From: an uncultured Nitrospinota bacterium | Lineage (GTDB): Bacteria; Tectomicrobia; Entotheonellia; J063; CAVPRW01 | Direction: 5' to 3' | Length of the DNA stretch: 64,000 bases | Assembly (NCBI GenBank): GCA_963707985.1 | Contig: CAVPRW010000018.1 | Coordinates: 32,001-96,000 of the forward strand | Shown: piece after piece, positions 58,400-64,000 of the stretch | Position numbering within the stretch: the stretch's first letter is position 1 | Layout of the letters: each line of letters starts with the position of its first letter | Translations under genes and position numbers: made by a program | Notes under the pieces: generated by a model | The model's input: the letters and a program-made list of their open reading frames with translations, nothing else | Databases searched by the model: none | What the model was told of the DNA's origin: nothing

Positions 58400-59900
58400 G
58401 AGTCGTTATCGGTGGCGATCAAGCACTCGCTCAAAGGTGCCGTGGTATGTTGCGCAGCGTCAGGCCAGCATCTCGTTGGGGTTGGTCACAGTCCCACCAG
58501 GCGCCTGCGCGCTTGAGGCACACGTGGCCAATGCACGTGTTGGCCGATTCAATCCCACCACTCCCGATCGGATAGCCCGCCTTGCGGGCAACGCGGTTAT
58601 CCAGCCGCTCCTGATGACACTGCAGATATCCGATCAGCTGGTCAATCTCGTCTGCAGCCTGGGCATCTGCGGGTTTCATCCGCTGCAGGCCCCAGATCAC
58701 TCCAGGCCCTTCATCCCAGCACACCCGTGCCACGGCCGCCTCACACCATTCGTATGGGCGTTCGGGATGGTCCCGATACTGCCGCCCCGCGACCTTATAG
58801 AGATGCTCACAACAACGGTAGTAATCCAGGATCTCCACCGCCGACGGACACAGGGCGCGGACCTGTGTCCAAATCTAGGGCGCTCCATCGGTAATCACAC
58901 ACAGGCGTACCTGCTCCTCAGGCATCAAGCCGGCCGATGTGACGTGCTGGAGGGCGGCGGCCAGTTCCTCGTCCATGTGCACGTGAGGCCAGCTCAGGAC
59001 GTGTTCGATCCCCTCGTCCGCGACCAGGGACAACCGGACGCCTTTGGCCTCTCGCTACGCTCCGATCCAGCGGGCGCGCGTGGTCCGGCGCTTCTTCCGT
59101 CCGTGGCGCCGGCCCTGCGCCGTCTCCGGGCGGGTGGGCACCTCGGCGCCATCAATGGCCAGGACCAGGATCGGCCGCCAGGTGTGGCCCGCCGCGACGG
59201 CGACGATCTCCTCCCGGCTCGGAGCGACATCCAAGACCGTCAACCCCTCAGCCACTTCATGGGTCACCGCGTGGCCCGTGTGCGCGCTCAGTGGTAGTCC
59301 TGCCAATTTCTGGAACAGCTCACACGCCGTCTCATACGGGATCTCCTTGGTCAACTTGACGACGGCTTTCTAGACGTCGGGTGGCTGGCGTCGATCCGCC
59401 AGCTCCAGCGTGGCATCCAGGGGTACACGCCCCAACTGACAGCGCTCACAGTAAAAGTCGGGGCGCCGGCGGCGGACGGCGTCCAGCAGCGTCTCCACCG
59501 GACGGTCCTGGGGACCACCGGCCGACCACATCTGCCCGCCCTGAGGGCACGCCGCCGTGCGCTGCACCATCACCGGTCGATGCACCTGCGCGACCAAATC
59601 CTCCGCAACGGCTTGAGTCAACTCCTGCCGCAGGACAAAGACGGCCTGGGTCAGCTGTTCCAGGGTCGGTTTGGGGTCCTTCACGCGCGCCTCCAGTGTA
59701 TCCAGCCAGTGGTCCAAGTGGTCGTGCATGCGCTGCCGAATCTCTGCACACCGCTGGGTGTCGCGGCACTCGTCGAGCGAAAGAAGCGCCGCAGTGGCCA
59801 TCGTCCGGTCCTCCTCAGGTCAACAGTGTTCGGGTGCTGTTTCCCTCTCACTCCTCACATGGAGGCCAGTCTTTGTGTCCTAAAAACCAGGGAATGTTCC
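58400..59900 (-). mobile_element. ISKra4/ISLre2-like transposase pseudogene
   Basis: CP..G, YCERC, AIDG, ILDYY, PIGSGGIES; multiple stops and frameshifts. Confidence 0.75.
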
Positions 59901-59904
59901 CGAC

Positions 59905-60260
59905 CGACCGGGTGGTGGTCGCCTCCGTGGTCAAGGCTGTGGGCACGCGAGTGGGCTTTTTGGCACACACCGCATCGATGGGGAAGTCGAGTGGCGTGTT
60001 GCGCACGTTGCCATAGAGACCTCCCAAGACGCGGAGCGCTTGATGTTGGGTTGACGCCACCTGTTGAGCGGCGGCCAGGTGTGCCAGCAACGCTTCGATG
60101 GCCGCCCTGCCCATATCGTGGGGAGGACGCGTGTGCTGGAAGCGGATAGACCGTTGAATCCAGGTGACCGAGGATTCCTCCGTGCGAGTTGTGCGCAAGC
60201 CGGATGGTCTCGCGCCCACGGTCGAGACAGTTCTTGGGCAGTGTTCCAGCGTTGACGCCT
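59905..60260 (-). pseudogene. intI: N-terminal remnant of a second integron integrase
   Basis: RTEESSVTWIQR...MG.AAIEA.L.HLA...ASTQHQAL...AKKPTRVP..LT; cut by the adjacent IS. Confidence 0.75.
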
Positions 60261-60468
60261 CACACGCGTGAAGTCTCCAGCAACCGTCCTGGCTCCTTGT
60301 GGCCACGAGTCCGGTGAGGCGGAATACACAGCCGATCTATACCTGATGGGTCATGGCACATAAGCGTCCGTGTTTCTCCCTCGGCCATTCCATCTAAACG
60401 CTTGAGGTCTCAAGGCAAGATTCGTGGTATTATGTGGAAAATTGGCGGTCTATACTGCTCGTAGGGGA

Positions 60469-62009
60469 GATTAGATGGATTTTCCCGCGCATATCACGGG
60501 GAAGGTTAGGTGGAAAAATTCCATCTAATCAACAATACCTTCGCCAATTAGGCGGCGTTGACTGCATGGTTTACGCGCCCAAGTTCAGCCATTTGGGTAA
60601 TTGCTAGATCAATAAAACTCGGCGCTGGCATTTCCGGAAGCAATGTTAAGGTTTCTACCACATACTTCCGGCTCCGGAACCAAGCCTTCAGGTCATTCAC
60701 GCTGCACTCAGGCCAATGTGTTCGCATGGGACACATCAAGGCGTGAGATAAATTGACCATGAACATGGAGAGATTTGCGCTGTTGTAAACAGGCCTCTCG
60801 TTGACCGTCATGAAATCTTCCAAGCCCCAATATTGTTTGGCATCTCGAAAGTTGAACTCCAGTTGGAAACGGAGACGATCATTCTCAATCAATGGCGCAT
60901 AGGCAAGCGTCACGTCACTACTGAATAAGATCACATGTGCAACCGCTTGAGTTTTGAGATTCGTTTTGACAATGACCACAATATTGAACAAATCAGAAAA
61001 CTTCTTATGCCATCATTGCATGTGGTAGATCTGTGTCTGGATCTGTTCTTCAACAAACGATTCTTGTAAATACTCATGAGGGATATTTCGACCATCGAGT
61101 TTTTTACCATACTTCTTACGCTTGCCACGGCCTGAATACGTCCCAGCATCGGGAAAATACAGAGCCGCATTATAGCGCAGTTTGGAAATCAAATGTCATC
61201 CAAGTTGTCGGACCATTTGCACGGCATCGTTATCGCCAAAGGCCCCATCAAAGACCAAATAGTGCACCTTGACGTGTTCGCCGATCAACGTCAGTAACCG
61301 ACGGATGCTCTCTTGGACAAAACAGCGATAGGGGCTCAACGTCACCTCGCGTCGATGCTGGTTTTTCCGCCCGTTCGGGCGTCCCCGTTTTCCAGCGGAC
61401 GGTTTTTTGCCCACTGCGGCAGGAGCTTGGCGGTGTTCTGGACCATGTTGTTCCATCAGTACTGGGTAGGAGGTTCGACGTTTGACACTCAGCAGGGATA
61501 CACTCAGAAAACAGAGTCCTGGAACTGATTTGCCATACAGGGCGGAAAAAAACCGGTCCAATCCATGCGTCTTCTTGCCCGATTTCGTCACCACCACGTC
61601 ATCGCCTCCCAGCACGATCACGTCGTCTTGATCTAAGAGATGGTGTCGAATCAGCCCCCATTGAATCTTGCTCCAGCTCAAGCCGGTCGCGAACAAACGT
61701 TGGATCGTCCGATAGCTCCCTCCTGGGCCAGCCCACCGCGCAATCCCTCTCATCGTCACGCGGCCGCTCATCGAGAGCATGGCCTCACTCACCCGGGCGA
61801 GTTGACGCATGGTCGTGCCATCCAGGCACTGGCTTAAACACGCGAAAAGGACCATAATATCGGGCATGGGCGGTTGCTCCTTGTGCAGCGTTGGGTTGGG
61901 GAATCCATATTCTACACGAGGCTCAGTCGCCCTGCCTCATTGCTGTACACTGGTTCGCTGCCCTGCTTTATCCTCTTTTTTGGCGAAGGTATTGAATCAA
62001 GCGTTCGGC
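60469..62009 (+). other. Putative attI site split by an IS (parts at 60469-60532 and 62001-62009)
   Basis: Removing IS and one TSD copy gives ttccatCTAATCAAGC-GTTCGGC; repeated TTA(g/t)(a/g)TGGA motifs upstream. Confidence 0.65.
60533..61994 (-). mobile_element. IS4-superfamily-like element, disrupted transposase 61867-60548
   Basis: Perfect 15-bp TIR caataccttcgccaa; 6-bp TSD aatcaa (60527-60532, 61995-62000); FDG, RFQLEFNFRDAKQYWGL. Confidence 0.92.
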
Positions 62010-62125
62010 ATCTCAAGTTGCCCGTCAGGACGGAACTGCGTATCCTAAAAGAGTAGGAGTCACGTTACAGCCATATCGGGGGTATAGAACGCCTTCGGAT
62101 GTATGGATATGGTGTATAAGGAGAC

Positions 62126-62347
62126 ATGATGCCAACGGAAACATCTATCGAACAGCGCTTAACCGCTGTTGAGCAGGCCGTCAGCGAATTACAACAGCGC
62201 CTCGCCCATCTCCCGGTGGCAACAAACTGGGTGGCACGCATTACTGGTTCGTTCAAGGATGAACCGGCCTTTGAGGAAGTGCTGGCGTTGGGCCGTGCCA
62301 TCCGCGCAGCAGACCGACCGCCTGCAGAGGCGGACGTGCAGGCGTGA
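62126..62347 (+). CDS. Putative antitoxin
   Basis: 73 aa, GGAG RBS, GTGA overlap with the PIN gene. Confidence 0.7.
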   Translation: MMPTETSIEQRLTAVEQAVSELQQRLAHLPVATNWVARITGSFKDEPAFEEVLALGRAIRAADRPPAEADVQA

Positions 62348-62772
62348 AATACCTTCTCGACACTGACCACATCAGCATTTTGCAACGGCAAGCGGGGGTG
62401 GAGTATGGGACGCTGCGGATGCGCGTTGCTCAACATCCGCCCACCGAACTCGCCTGCTCGATCATCAGTTTCCATGAACAAGTTCTGGGCTGTCATACCT
62501 ACATCAGTCAGGCACGTCGCGCCGAGGAGGTGGTCCGGGGATGCGGAATGCTCGCTCAGGTGCTGCGAGACTTCACCGAGGCTCTGGTCATACCGTTCGA
62601 TGCGGCCGCGGCAGTGGCCTTTGAGCGGCTGGTCGCCCAGCGAGTGCGCGTCGGGACCATGGACCTGCGGATTGCAGCCATTGCCTTATCGCACGAGATG
62701 GTCTTGGTGACACGGAATGCAAGTGACTTTCGCAGGGTACCAGGTTTACGCATAGAGGATTGGACGGTGTAA
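62344..62772 (+). CDS. vapC: VapC/PIN-domain toxin
   Basis: LLDTD, E, DLRIAAIAL, LVTRN..DF. Confidence 0.9.
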   Translation: MKYLLDTDHISILQRQAGVEYGTLRMRVAQHPPTELACSIISFHEQVLGCHTYISQARRAEEVVRGCGMLAQVLRDFTEALVIPFDAAAAVAFERLVAQRVRVGTMDLRIAAIALSHEMVLVTRNASDFRRVPGLRIEDWTV

Positions 62773-62789
62773 GGGAGGCGGGAGAGGCC

Positions 62790-62874
62790 GCCGAACAAGG
62801 GCGTGCAGCTGACTGCCTACAGCCTCCGTCTGCTCGCTCCCGCTTCCGGCAGCAGCTGACGCCTAGCGTTCGGC
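62790..62874 (+). other. attC integron cassette recombination site
   Basis: GCCGAAC...GTTCGGC; GGCGT/ACGCC, CAGCTG/CAGCTG, CTGCC/GGCAG stems with two extrahelical bases. Confidence 0.88.
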
Positions 62875-62923
62875 TTCCATGGAAAGGCGACGGTCGGCAG
62901 GAGGCCGACTCGAGGAGACGATC

Positions 62924-63919
62924 ATGTGGTGCAGCACTGTCGGGGTCATGGTCACCCTCATTCTCACTATCCTCGCAGCGCCGCTGGTCACTGCCGCCCA
63001 GCCAGTGGGGAAAGTGCACCGGATTGGGTGACTCAGTCCTGGCTTGCCCCGCCCTGATCACGACCCCCCTGTAGACGCCTTCCGGCAGGGGCTGCGCGAG
63101 TTTGGCTATGTCGAGGGCCAGAACCTCGTCATTGCGTACCGTGGGGCGGCGGGGAGAATTGAGCGACTCTCCGACCTGGCAGCCGAGTTGGTCCAGCTCC
63201 AGGTGGCGGTGATTGTGGCAGTGGGAACCGCAGCAACCCGTGCTGCCCAGGACGCCACGCACACGATCCCGATCGTGATGACGGGTACCTCTGATCCGGT
63301 TGGGCAAGGGTTTGTCACTAGCCTGGCGCAGCCGGGCGGGAACATCACGGGCTTGAGCAACCTGATGGCGGAACTCCCCAGCAAGCGGTTGGAGATCCTC
63401 AAGGAGACGATGCCCCACAGCGCGCGCATTGCCGTGTTGGTGAATCCGGACAATCCACCCGCCAAGTCTGTGCTGAACACCCTGACCGTGGCAGCCCAGG
63501 CGCTGCGGTTGCACCTGCACGTCGTGGAGCTGCGCCATGCTGAGGAGTTGGACACGGCCTTCGCAGCGATGACCCAAGAGGGTGCGGACGCGCTCATGGT
63601 GCTGTCGGGCCCGCTGCTGATGGATGATCTGCTCGGACGGGTGGCCGACCTCGCCACCAAGAGTCGGCTGCCTGCGATGTATGACTGGAAAATGTATGTG
63701 GAGGCTGGGGGCGTGATGTCCTATGGGACGAGCCTGCCTGAGAGGCATCGGCGTGCAGCCACCTATGTGGACAAGATTTTGAAGGGTGCCAAACCAGCCG
63801 ACCTCCCCGTGGAGCAGTCCACCAAGTTCGAGCTGATCATCAACCTGAAGACGGCCCAGGCCCTGGGGATCACGATACCCCCGCACCTCCTCGTCTTGGC
63901 GGACGAAGTCATCAAATAG
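62924..63919 (+). pseudogene. ABC transporter substrate-binding protein with in-frame TGA at 63029
   Basis: MWCSTVG signal peptide; GYVEGQN, SLAQPGGNITG, KRLE, ILKGAKPADLPVEQ. Confidence 0.8.
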
Positions 63920-64000
63920 GGGAGGTGTCTGAGAGCAGTGCAGGAGGGTGACATGTACCGCAGGGCGCATCTGCATGGCGTTGGCGTCGAGGGGTGGGCG

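Noticed and set aside
57840..58400. AT-richer non-coding stretch as ncRNA
   Set aside because: No convincing structure; probably an orphaned promoter region between IS remnants.
63029..63031. Selenocysteine or recoded TGA
   Set aside because: Not a Cys-equivalent position, and other genes use TGA as stop.

Overview
GC-rich bacterial chromosomal window; the gene and IS families suggest Ca. Tectomicrobia/Entotheonella-like origin (inference only). 1-24 kb is core and metabolic: tilS, tRNA-CAT, a SorC-type regulator divergent from an FBP aldolase/phosphatase, dnaE, guaAB, mraZ, a dnaA without adjacent dnaN, glgA, and an oxalate cluster. That cluster puts a FadR/GntR regulator and a three-subunit oxalate-oxidoreductase-like enzyme directly upstream of oxc-frc. 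24-30, 44-48.5 and 57.6-64 kb are accessory: nested degenerate IS elements, two dead integron integrases, an integron whose attI is split by an IS but keeps a VapC toxin-antitoxin cassette with a clear attC, and an FGE/SUMF1 gene ending like a DGR variable region (no RT or TR in the window). Two window-wide patterns stand out. Dead mobile elements show a strong A:T->C:G transversion signature. Single-base-insertion frameshifts in dnaE, guaA, ispG and oxc most likely reflect sequencing error. Family consensus comparisons are from memory, not from searches.
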